This document shows positions 1-9,437 of a stretch of DNA of 64,000 nucleotides, in pieces. The notes beneath the pieces were generated by a model. It did no database searches. It was not told where the DNA came from and was given only the letters and a program-made list of their open reading frames with translations. The position numbers and the translations under genes were made by a program. Each line of letters opens with the position of its first letter. Position 1 is the stretch's first letter. Origin of the DNA: Synechococcus sp. (GTDB taxonomy: Bacteria; Cyanobacteriota; Cyanobacteriia; PCC-6307; Cyanobiaceae); contig JBJBEO010000001.1 of the NCBI GenBank assembly GCA_047284725.1, positions 1,560,203-1,624,202 on the forward strand. The letters are read 5' to 3'.

Positions 1-197
1 AAAAGCTCGTCAATTTTAAGTTCATATGTTGCACGAATAAGTGCATCAAGTGTCGCACTACTAGAACACAAGCCTAAGCGAGTAGCAGCAAAATAGCGAT
101 CTGATGGGCGTGGCACATCAGCAGTTGCTGCGAATAACAGCGAGAGTGCTTCGGCTTCAGAAATGCCTTCGACCAAAACATCAAAACGCTCAGCCAT
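1..197 (-). CDS. mpeZ: Phycoerythrobilin lyase-isomerase, MpeZ/MpeY/MpeW family (5' part, truncated by window edge)
   Basis: Hand translation from ATG at 197: MAERFDVLVEGISEAEALSLLFAATADVPRPSDRYFAATRLGLCSSSATLDALIRATYELKIDEL. The MAERFD...RY.AATRLG start is typical of this family, and the position downstream of fciABC favours mpeZ. Confidence 0.8.
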   Translation of the reverse strand, partial: MAERFDVLVEGISEAEALSLLFAATADVPRPSDRYFAATRLGLCSSSATLDALIRATYELKIDEL

Positions 198-457
198 TTG
201 CCAACCCCATCTAAACCTAAAGCTAACAAAAATGCCGCCTGAATATCAGAAAAAAAAGCAACTCATAAAAGCAAATAATCAGGCCTAGGATATGAACATC
301 TACAAACTACATTTTCCCAAAAAGCGAAAAATCAGCAACAAAAACCGCACAATTGCGCCGACTCACAATTACGCTTATCGCTACACCTCCGAACAAGCCA
401 AGCTACTCCATGCCAACGTAATGCTGGCAAAACCAGAGCAGCCCCGAACTTAGGCGA

Positions 458-625
458 CTACTTAACTCGCTTATCGATTATCTCAATCAAATGAGCATCA
501 TGCTTGGCACAAAAATCGACCACGCACTCACGAAGAATATGACCTATAGAAACTGATTCCGTATAACAAAGAAGCTTTAGTTTCTTGTGGAGCTCATCAC
601 TAAGCTCAAAGGTCACCCTTTTCAT
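458..625 (-). CDS. fciC: Ribbon-helix-helix protein FciC (55 aa)
   Basis: Hand translation MKRVTFELSDELHKKLKLLCYTESVSIGHILRECVVDFCAKHDAHLIEIIDKRVK* has the RHH pattern. It lies between fciB and mpeZ and is below the ORF-track size cutoff. Confidence 0.8.
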   Translation of the reverse strand: MKRVTFELSDELHKKLKLLCYTESVSIGHILRECVVDFCAKHDAHLIEIIDKRVK

Positions 626-871
626 ACCAAGACGAGACGACGATGAGCCAACGGGGGCAACTCTCAGGTTGAACCCATTTTACTTCTTCTGATAAGAAGT
701 GGATAGGCGCCTCACCCTGCGTTACAAAGCGCAATAGCAGGGTAAGTAAAAATACTTATCTCATGCAGCAATCCCGAACTCCTGAGTCATCGATCCATCA
801 AAGACTGACCGGGAATGGCCTACTCCCCAACGCAAAACAAAATCATGCTTCCAAGGATCAACATCGATAAA

Positions 872-1822
872 CTACGAGGCTTGGATGGTTTGGCTGGGAA
901 GCTCACCAAAACTTGTGAAATACCTGCGCGCGAAACGACCTGCATGCTTAAAGCCATAGCGTATTGCAACTGAACGGATAGTGGATTCATGGGATTGTGA
1001 ATCATTGCTTTGCATCAACAAAGCTCTCCGAGACTCTTCTAACCTGACCTGCATCATCATCTCCATGATTCCCATACCAAAATATTCCTGACAAACTCTG
1101 TAGAGGGAGGCTTGGCTAGCGCCTAAATGCTTACAAACATCAGTCAAAGACATTGGCGATTTCATAGCATCATAGCCATGAGAAAGATGTACGATTTCAG
1201 ACAGCAAGCCTTGATTTCTTAACTCGCCTTTCCTATATCGCCTTACTGTTCCTTCTTCTAAACAACAAGTTATCAGTTCATAGTACTTCGTGGCATTGAC
1301 AATCCCTTGGTGCATATCTCTTCTTGCCAACTTTCTAAGCTGCAAGGCAGCGGGATGATCCACATCAAGCCCTCGCTTGTTGGTGAGATTATCTAGAGCA
1401 GCTTGGGCATTACAGGCTTTTAATGAATCAATTAAAAGAGCTTTATCAAGCATGCATGCCGTAGATGAACAAAATTCTGAATATTTACCCCAAGAGCTTG
1501 CAGTCGTGGAATTAAGAGTATTAAGACCTCCAATACTATTGGAACGCATCTCATAACCTTCACAATAGCCAAGAGGATCAGCGGAGCTTTTCAACGGCGT
1601 AATCCAATTAAAATCAATTGACCAATCCGTACCCCAGCCTTCATAAAGAAGGGTTTTTGAAGCCTTGATTTCAGCAATTGAGACACCTGATGCGATTGCA
1701 TGGCTCATGGAGTAGGTCCCTTCACCACGATCTAATTGCGTGATTCTTGTCTGCTGACCTAACTCAGCAAGGGTTTCTGACAAATGAAGGGGATCTTTAT
1801 AAGAGAGAGAGAGTTTTATCAT
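872..1822 (-). CDS. fciB: AraC-family regulator FciB
   Basis: C-terminal AraC HTH (SLYRVCQEYFG...VRLEESRRAL...YGFKHAGRFARRYFTSFGELPSQT). TAATG stop/start overlap with the upstream AraC gene. Confidence 0.85.
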   Translation of the reverse strand: MIKLSLSYKDPLHLSETLAELGQQTRITQLDRGEGTYSMSHAIASGVSIAEIKASKTLLYEGWGTDWSIDFNWITPLKSSADPLGYCEGYEMRSNSIGGLNTLNSTTASSWGKYSEFCSSTACMLDKALLIDSLKACNAQAALDNLTNKRGLDVDHPAALQLRKLARRDMHQGIVNATKYYELITCCLEEGTVRRYRKGELRNQGLLSEIVHLSHGYDAMKSPMSLTDVCKHLGASQASLYRVCQEYFGMGIMEMMMQVRLEESRRALLMQSNDSQSHESTIRSVAIRYGFKHAGRFARRYFTSFGELPSQTIQAS

Positions 1823-2850
1823 TATCTATACCGCATAAGATCAGAAACCAAAACCGATACCCCCCCAGACTTATCAATAGTTTCTTCTGGGCTTTCACCA
1901 AATGTTGCAAAGTAAAGCTTGCAAAATGTGTTCCAGTTGTTAAAGCCGTAATACAGGGCATTCTGCTTCATTGTAAATATACGCAATCCCTTTGGAACAT
2001 GTGGATTTAAATATGATTTTTTTACTTGTTCTAGCCTGATACTCTTGATAAGACCAAGAATGCTCATGTCAAAACTAGCTCGACAAGACTCTCTCAGTGA
2101 TTTTGCGTCTGAATTAAGGTATTTAGTAATTTGGGAAACGGTCAAAGGGGGTAATCCCGGACGATCCTCATGAAGCAGCTTGACCAAGTCCTCAATCAAA
2201 TCAGTTTTGTCAGACCTAACCGTACACAGATTTTCAATCTCTGGCGATTCTTCTAATGTTGCGATTGCTAGGTCATAGAAACTTTGACTGCATTTAACAC
2301 CCTGCTTAAAATGCTTTTCAAAAAGTGCTTTTAACTGAGAGCTCGATGCAGCTTCTGAGTCAATGCCAATACACTCCTCAAGTCTGGCATATGCGTTGTA
2401 GGCATTCATCTTATCGATTTGCTCTTTCAACTTATCCCACTTCAGACTCATGCAACACAAGACAGTGTTGGCACCAACAATGTCCCATGTATTGCCGCCA
2501 GTTTTATTCAAGCGATTAAATCCAGCTATACTGAATTCCCGCATTTTGTGGCCACCAATAATTGTGTTACTTTGAGAAACGCCGTTGGGATCGTTGATCC
2601 AGCAAAATGCAACTGAATTCTGATTGGCATCCTCTTCGTAGAGAAGAGTCTGGTTCGACTTAAAGATCTCAAGATGCGCATGATCAATTGGCGCGCAAAT
2701 CGAGCTTGTCAAAAGCTCGCCTTTGGTTAACTGGGTGACATTACAAGAGAAATTAGACTTGGAGTAGTATTCAGCATAGTGACTCTTACAGTACTCCTCC
2801 ATACCCAATAAATCGCTAAAAATATATTCTTTTGCCTTTTTTGATCTCAT
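1822..2850 (-). CDS. fciA: AraC-family regulator FciA
   Basis: AraC-like C-terminus (IRLEQVKK...YGFNNWNTFCKLYFATFGESPEET). First of the tandem AraC pair in the island. Confidence 0.85.
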   Translation of the reverse strand: MRSKKAKEYIFSDLLGMEEYCKSHYAEYYSKSNFSCNVTQLTKGELLTSSICAPIDHAHLEIFKSNQTLLYEEDANQNSVAFCWINDPNGVSQSNTIIGGHKMREFSIAGFNRLNKTGGNTWDIVGANTVLCCMSLKWDKLKEQIDKMNAYNAYARLEECIGIDSEAASSSQLKALFEKHFKQGVKCSQSFYDLAIATLEESPEIENLCTVRSDKTDLIEDLVKLLHEDRPGLPPLTVSQITKYLNSDAKSLRESCRASFDMSILGLIKSIRLEQVKKSYLNPHVPKGLRIFTMKQNALYYGFNNWNTFCKLYFATFGESPEETIDKSGGVSVLVSDLMRYR

Positions 2851-3184
2851 GCTGATGTTCGCTGAAAGGGTGGCACCTCAGCCAAAATTATTAGTTAATT
2901 TTAGCCAGTTTAGCTTCAGCAACAAGCTTTATGTATTTCCCTAAAGGGGGCACTCCGATCACGACGCTGTGCTTGCGCCAGGAGCTAAGCATTTCTTGAC
3001 ATAATTTCTTGTTAATTGACTGCCTGCCTGCAGAGCCTCGTGTTAATAGACCAAGCGGAATGGGTGCATTGTGCCAGGTCGCAATTCATAAGTACGGTAT
3101 TGCATTCCTATTAATTGGAATACTGTATTTCTTACCCTCGTTTAAGCATGAAAAGCGGTAGAAGAAGTAGAGGCTTTAATTCAA

Positions 3185-3508
3185 GTGTCAAAATCAGAAT
3201 TGCATGCATTTATCGACAGAGGTCTTGCTGACGAGGTGTTCCGGAATCAGCTAAAGGATCTTGGCCCACAAGAAATTATTGCCTTTGCCTCCAAAAGTGG
3301 ATTTGATTTTTCAGATGAAATCAAAGGGCGGTTCATCAACCGATGGAAAGGTGTTTATTTCTGCCCTCAAGCAATCATAGTAGGAGAATTATGCCCAGGG
3401 CTGATACCAGCAGGTTACAAGAATCTCATTCATTACGCTCAAACCACATGCAGCTCTGCAAACTTAAAAGAAGAAGAGTTTGATTTTAGATCAGGAGATC
3501 GATACTAG
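3185..3508 (+). CDS. unk10: Unk10, CA4-island protein with Nif11-like N-terminus
   Basis: MSKSELHAFIDRGLADEVFRNQL...IIAFASKSGFDFS is a Nif11-like pattern. The gene is divergent from fciA. Confidence 0.75.
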   Translation: MSKSELHAFIDRGLADEVFRNQLKDLGPQEIIAFASKSGFDFSDEIKGRFINRWKGVYFCPQAIIVGELCPGLIPAGYKNLIHYAQTTCSSANLKEEEFDFRSGDRY

Positions 3509-3879
3509 CCTCTTGAATACTCATGGCCTTGCAGAATATCCAGAGAAATCGTCTTTAATGTAGAGACATGAGTGGATTCAAGAACTACTGGAGGCGCCAT
3601 GCAATCAGTCCTGGCCTCCTCCCAGCGAGAGACACACAAACACCAGTGATCGCCGGGTTTTAAGCCGTCAAACTGGAATATCGGATTTGGATCAATAAGA
3701 TTATTCCCTTGGGCAAAGGTGTAATTCAGGAAGCCTTCGGTCATGACGCTGCAAATTGCATGTTGGCCAAGGTCTGAGTCATCTGTTCTGCAAAATCCAT
3801 CTTGGTACCAGCCTGTCATGGACTGGCAACCACATGGACGCAATGGCTCTCCTAGTACATTGATTAGCTCCATATTCAA
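3505..3879 (-). CDS. DUF2237 family protein
   Basis: Motifs NVLGEPL..C, TGWYQDGFC, GLKPGDHWCLCVSRW and APPVVLESTH. Confidence 0.85.
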   Translation of the reverse strand: MNMELINVLGEPLRPCGCQSMTGWYQDGFCRTDDSDLGQHAICSVMTEGFLNYTFAQGNNLIDPNPIFQFDGLKPGDHWCLCVSRWEEARTDCMAPPVVLESTHVSTLKTISLDILQGHEYSRG

Positions 3880-4057
3880 TCAGTCGCGTTCGATTTGATT
3901 CTCGGGTAGGCCTGCACAACATTAGAGATAAGTCAGCTCAAACAATTTCATCAATCTGTAAAACCACTCACAGCGCAGCACAGTGATGCATATGCGCATC
4001 ACTGCATATGCAGCAGGCAAGCGCCAATCAACTAATTCCTAGGTGTTTAAACAACAA

Positions 4058-4083
4058 AAAGCCCCCTCATTCGAGGGGGCTTT
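4058..4083 (-). terminator. Intrinsic terminator of psbA copy 1
   Basis: aaagccccctc-attc-gagggggcttt hairpin with an A-run on the left (U-tail on the minus strand). Confidence 0.85.
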
Positions 4084-4137
4084 CCGATTCAACCAAAGCT
4101 GAATCTTTTGGAAACTTCAGCCTCAAGGCTGTTCCAA

Positions 4138-5217
4138 TCAACCGATGGCAGGAGCTTGCAGAGCCACAGGCGTGGACTCGGCAGCAGCCAGGTCGAGGGG
4201 GAAGTTGTGAGCGTTGCGCTCGTGCATCACTTCCATGCCGAGGTTGGCGCGGTTCAGCACATCAGCCCAGGTGTTCAGGACGCGGCCCTGACCATCAAGG
4301 ATGGACTGGTTGAAGTTGAAACCGTTCAGGTTGAAGGCCATGGTGCTGACGCCCAGGGCAGTGAACCAGATGCCAACGACAGGCCAGGCAGCCAGGAAGA
4401 AGTGAAGGCTGCGGCTGTTGTTGAAGGAAGCGTATTGGAAGATCAGGCGACCGAAGTAACCGTGGGCAGCCACGATGTTATAGGTCTCTTCCTCTTGGCC
4501 GAACTTGTAGCCGTAGTTCTGGGACTCGCTCTCGGTGGTTTCACGCACCAGGGAGGAGGTCACCAGGGAGCCGTGCATGGCGGAGAACAGGCTGCCGCCG
4601 AAAACACCAGCCACACCCAGCATGTGGAAGGGGTGCATCAGGATGTTGTGCTCGGCCTGGAACACCAGCATGAAGTTGAAGGTGCCGGAGATGCCCAGGG
4701 GCATGCCGTCAGAGAAGGAACCCTGACCGAAGGGGTAGACCAGGAACACTGCAGAAGCAGCAGCCACAGGTGCGCTGTAGGCAACGCAGATCCAGGGGCG
4801 CATGCCGAGGCGGTAGGAGAGTTCCCACTCGCGACCCATGTAGCAGAAGATGCCGATCAGGAAGTGGAAGACAACCAGCTGGTAGGGACCGCCGTTGTAC
4901 AGCCACTCATCGAGAGAAGCCGCTTCCCAGATGGGATAGAAGTGCAGGCCGATGGCGTTGGAGGAAGGAACAACAGCACCGGAGATGATGTTGTTGCCAT
5001 AAATCAGAGAGCCAGCAACGGGCTCACGGATGCCGTCGATGTCGACGGGGGGTGCTGCGATGAACGCAACGATGAAGCAGGTGGTGGCGGCCAGCAGGGT
5101 GGGGATCATCAGCACACCGAACCAGCCCACATAGAGGCGGTTGTTGGTGGAGGTGACCCACTCGCAGAACTGCTGCCAGCCAGTGGCGCCGGAGCGCTGC
5201 TGAATGGTGGTGGTCAT
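4138..5217 (-). CDS. psbA: Photosystem II D1 protein, D1:2 type
   Basis: Starts [10 protein letters not shown], has the full D1 sequence and YMGREWE (Glu130). Start set at ATG 5217. Confidence 0.98.
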   Translation of the reverse strand: MTTTIQQRSGATGWQQFCEWVTSTNNRLYVGWFGVLMIPTLLAATTCFIVAFIAAPPVDIDGIREPVAGSLIYGNNIISGAVVPSSNAIGLHFYPIWEAASLDEWLYNGGPYQLVVFHFLIGIFCYMGREWELSYRLGMRPWICVAYSAPVAAASAVFLVYPFGQGSFSDGMPLGISGTFNFMLVFQAEHNILMHPFHMLGVAGVFGGSLFSAMHGSLVTSSLVRETTESESQNYGYKFGQEEETYNIVAAHGYFGRLIFQYASFNNSRSLHFFLAAWPVVGIWFTALGVSTMAFNLNGFNFNQSILDGQGRVLNTWADVLNRANLGMEVMHERNAHNFPLDLAAAESTPVALQAPAIG

Positions 5218-5314
5218 GAGAACGGAAAACGCCGCTGGGCTTGCGCCCGATGGCAAATAAGGAAGGTCGGATTACCCGACAGCGCCAATGTAAAGGAAGT
5301 TTGCGCAATGTCTA
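5218..5314 (-). promoter_or_regulatory. psbA promoter and two-hairpin 5' leader (possibly a PhotoRC-type RNA motif)
   Basis: Minus strand reads TAGACA-N16-TACATT, then hairpins gtcgg-gtaat-ccgac and gggc-gcaa-gccc before the ATG. Confidence 0.55.
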
Positions 5315-5477
5315 CAACTTCCCCGCCTGCTGGCGGTCAGCACTGCTGATTCCACCGATCAGTCAGGCTGATCAGTGCTTCAGAAGTGGAGGGGAATGGT
5401 GCGAGCAGAGCAAATGTCTTTATCCCCAAAAGGGAGGCGCCAAACCGGAGCAAACAGGCCTATAAACCGCGATATAA

Positions 5478-6494
<1,017 letters not shown>

Positions 6495-6537
6495 TGACTT
6501 GATCCATGCCAACGTCGCATGGCGACAGCATTGCAAC

Positions 6538-6561
6538 GCCCCTGCCAGTGCAGGGGCTTTT
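6538..6561 (+). terminator. Intrinsic terminator of gap
   Basis: gcccctgc-cagt-gcaggggc followed by tttt. Confidence 0.8.
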
Positions 6562-6603
6562 GATTTGATCTGAATTCCTCGGAAGTGATCAGACAACAGC
6601 AAC

Positions 6604-6633
6604 AAAAAGCCCCCACCGGACGGCGGGGGCTTT
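6604..6633 (-). terminator. Intrinsic terminator of psbA copy 2
   Basis: aaaaagccccc...gggggcttt hairpin, similar to the copy 1 terminator. Confidence 0.75.
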
Positions 6634-6686
6634 GCGATTCAACCGAAGCTGACGATCTGGACGATGGCAGCTTCAGGCTGTTTCGA

Positions 6687-7763
6687 TCAACCAATGGCGG
6701 GAGCCTGCAGAGCCACAGGAGTGGACTCGGCAGCAGCCAGGTCGAGGGGGAAGTTGTGAGCGTTGCGCTCGTGCATCACTTCCATGCCGAGGTTGGCGCG
6801 GTTCAGCACATCAGCCCAGGTGTTGAGCACCTTGCCCTGCGAATCCAGGATGGACTGGTTGAAATTGAAACCGTTCAGGTTGAAGGCCATGGTGCTGACG
6901 CCCAGGGCAGTGAACCAGATGCCAACGACAGGCCAGGCAGCCAGGAAGAAGTGAAGGCTGCGGCTGTTGTTGAAGGAAGCGTATTGGAAGATCAGGCGAC
7001 CGAAGTAACCGTGGGCAGCCACGATGTTATAGGTCTCTTCCTCTTGGCCGAACTTGTAGCCGTAGTTCTGGGACTCGCTCTCGGTGGTTTCACGCACCAG
7101 GGAGGAGGTCACCAGGGAGCCGTGCATGGCGGAGAACAGGCTGCCGCCGAAAACACCAGCCACACCCAGCATGTGGAAGGGGTGCATCAGGATGTTGTGC
7201 TCGGCCTGGAACACCAGCATGAAGTTGAAGGTGCCGGAGATGCCCAGGGGCATGCCGTCAGAGAAGGAACCCTGACCGAAGGGGTAGACCAGGAAAACCG
7301 CGAAAGCTGCTGACAGAGGTGCGCTGTAGGCAACGCAGATCCAGGGGCGCATGCCGAGGCGGTAGGAGAGTTCCCACTCGCGACCCATGTAGCAGAAGAT
7401 GCCGATCAGGAAGTGGAAGACAACCAGCTGGTAGGGACCGCCGTTGTACAGCCACTCATCGAGAGAAGCCGCTTCCCAGATGGGATAGAAGTGCAGGCCG
7501 ATGGCGTTGGAGGAAGGAACAACAGCACCGGAGATGATGTTGTTGCCATAAATCAGAGAGCCAGCAACGGGCTCACGGATGCCGTCGATGTCGACGGGGG
7601 GTGCTGCGATGAACGCAACGATGAAGCAGGTGGTGGCGGCCAGCAGGGTGGGGATCATCAGCACACCGAACCAGCCCACATAAATGCGGTTGTTGGTGTT
7701 GGTGACCCACTGACAGAAGTTTTCCCAGGTACTAGCGCGACCGCTGCGAATGGCAGTAGCCAT
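6687..7763 (-). CDS. psbA: Photosystem II D1 protein, mosaic (D1:1-like N-terminus, Glu130)
   Basis: Starts MATAIRSGR and has [11 protein letters not shown], but also YMGREWE. Start set at ATG 7763. Confidence 0.97.
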   Translation of the reverse strand: MATAIRSGRASTWENFCQWVTNTNNRIYVGWFGVLMIPTLLAATTCFIVAFIAAPPVDIDGIREPVAGSLIYGNNIISGAVVPSSNAIGLHFYPIWEAASLDEWLYNGGPYQLVVFHFLIGIFCYMGREWELSYRLGMRPWICVAYSAPLSAAFAVFLVYPFGQGSFSDGMPLGISGTFNFMLVFQAEHNILMHPFHMLGVAGVFGGSLFSAMHGSLVTSSLVRETTESESQNYGYKFGQEEETYNIVAAHGYFGRLIFQYASFNNSRSLHFFLAAWPVVGIWFTALGVSTMAFNLNGFNFNQSILDSQGKVLNTWADVLNRANLGMEVMHERNAHNFPLDLAAAESTPVALQAPAIG

Positions 7764-7886
7764 GACAAAACAAGGAGTACGGAATCCGCCCTGCATGCCC
7801 CGAAAGACACCAAGACAGGTCTCAATGGTATGGAACGCAACGCATACAACCTGCGACAAGAATATTTCGACCCACTTCTCAAAAAT

Positions 7887-7910
7887 GCTTCATGAAGTAG
7901 TTCATGAAGC
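7887..7910 (-). terminator. Perfect inverted repeat, probable terminator of the YcjF-family gene
   Basis: gcttcatgaa-gtag-ttcatgaagc, followed on the minus strand by attttt. Confidence 0.55.
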
Positions 7911-7920
7911 TGAGATGAAT

Positions 7921-9327
7921 TTACGTAAAGCGATGAAGCTGCGCGTTGTCTCCTGATTGCAGCCACTGCCTCGACTGTTGCAAAAACACCGGCCAATCAA
8001 GCTGCTCCTGTTCAGCCGCTTTTGCCACCAAAAGAGGGGCCTGTTGCTTCAACAGATCGAGATCAGGCTGAGCCACTCCAGCATTCAGGGCCATCCAGTC
8101 AGCCATGGATGCAGCCACAACTCTGGTGAGGTAAGCAGCACTCAAAGCCTGCATCACCCCAGCCACTAACCAACTGCTGCCGTCGAACTTGGCCACCCCC
8201 AGCAACGCCTGACCACTCCACTCCACCACTCCCTGGGCAAGGGCAGCCCCTGCAAGATGCTTGGCCGCCACCTGCAGCACCTCGGGGGTCCAGCGGCAGT
8301 CCCAGATCCCTCCCATTTCCTGCAACAGCAACCCGTTACCCACCGCCAAGGCCAGAAGATCTGTACTGGGGAGCGGAGACACGACCACAGCACCAGCCAC
8401 CAGCCACTGGCTCCGCTGGAGCAACAGTCGAAACTGCCGTCGCCTCAAAACCTCAAGCTCCGACTGCCAGTGGCGATGCAACCCCTCCAACAACCTTTGG
8501 CACGTCAGGTCTTGACCGACGCGAGGTTGAAGCAGCACCTGCCGCACCGGGTGTAAGGCCTGCCTGAACTGCTCTGCATCACCATCCCAGACGATCAAGC
8601 GCGTATGCCAACGCTCCGGAAGCTGAGCCAGCAGAGCCTGACGCGTCAGATCCCAATCACCATCATTTTGAGTGCGGTTGATCACCAGCCACACCGGTTG
8701 ACGGTCGGGCACCTGCTGCAGCCGCAACAGATCGGCTGCACGCAAAGGCAAGGGAAGGGAGAACAGCAGGAGATCCTGCTCCTGCAAAGCCGAGGGCCAG
8801 GCCCAGTTTTCGCTGATGCTGGGCAATGGATGCCCCACGCAAAGGTTGAGGGGATGACGGCCTCGCAAGGCCTCCTGCCATAGACGGTTGTCGGGCAGGA
8901 CAACTCCTTCGGAACCGACCACCCCAACGCTGAGAGGGCCCGTGCGCTGCACCAACCCATCCAGAACCTGTTGACGCTGATCGCGACGCAGACCTGACAC
9001 AGGTCCCACCTGCTCTTCCAGCGCATCGAACTGATCAAGCACCTGATCGCAACGCGTGAGCCAGGCCTGAACAGAAGAAGGAGTCTTGAAACTGGCTGCC
9101 TTGGCCGGTTGGCTCAGCCACCAGAGCCCCCCACCAACGGCCAGCAATCCCAGGCCACCACCCGGTACGTGAAGGACATCAGCCAAGACCCACTGCGTGA
9201 CCAGCAAGCCACCACCGGCCACTGCCACCGAGCGCAACAGCTTCGGCTGGTCGAACAGAGAGCCGAGGGACGGCGCCGGACGCATGCGCAACCCGAGAAC
9301 AAGTTCCGGTCTTCCTAGCTCACCCAC
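7921..9327 (-). CDS. YcjF/DUF697 family protein (start uncertain)
   Basis: N-terminal TM pair. C-terminal SPLPSTDLLALAVGNGLLLQEMG...AYLTRVVA is typical of the family. Confidence 0.75.
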   Translation of the reverse strand: MGELGRPELVLGLRMRPAPSLGSLFDQPKLLRSVAVAGGGLLVTQWVLADVLHVPGGGLGLLAVGGGLWWLSQPAKAASFKTPSSVQAWLTRCDQVLDQFDALEEQVGPVSGLRRDQRQQVLDGLVQRTGPLSVGVVGSEGVVLPDNRLWQEALRGRHPLNLCVGHPLPSISENWAWPSALQEQDLLLFSLPLPLRAADLLRLQQVPDRQPVWLVINRTQNDGDWDLTRQALLAQLPERWHTRLIVWDGDAEQFRQALHPVRQVLLQPRVGQDLTCQRLLEGLHRHWQSELEVLRRRQFRLLLQRSQWLVAGAVVVSPLPSTDLLALAVGNGLLLQEMGGIWDCRWTPEVLQVAAKHLAGAALAQGVVEWSGQALLGVAKFDGSSWLVAGVMQALSAAYLTRVVAASMADWMALNAGVAQPDLDLLKQQAPLLVAKAAEQEQLDWPVFLQQSRQWLQSGDNAQLHRFT

Positions 9328-9437
9328 GGCAGCTCGACCAGAAGGGCGGACAAAAGCAAGGCAACCCGCAATCCGACCCTCTTGTCCAGACAGCCCAGCC
9401 GTGGCTCCATAGCTTGAGCATGCAACGGCAGTGCCGC

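Larger units (their letters stand above)
1..4050. mobile_element. CA4-A chromatic acclimation genomic island (right part; continues past window start)
   Basis: Clearly AT-richer than the flank (hand-counted line 2041-2100 is 25/60 G+C). Contains the mpeZ-like/fciC/fciB/fciA/unk10 gene set and ends at the psbA terminator. No integrase in view. Confidence 0.85.

Noticed and set aside
4108..5349. 413-aa ORF antisense to psbA (and 6585-7313 on copy 2)
   Set aside because: Shadow frame caused by strong codon bias of the psbA genes; no protein motifs.
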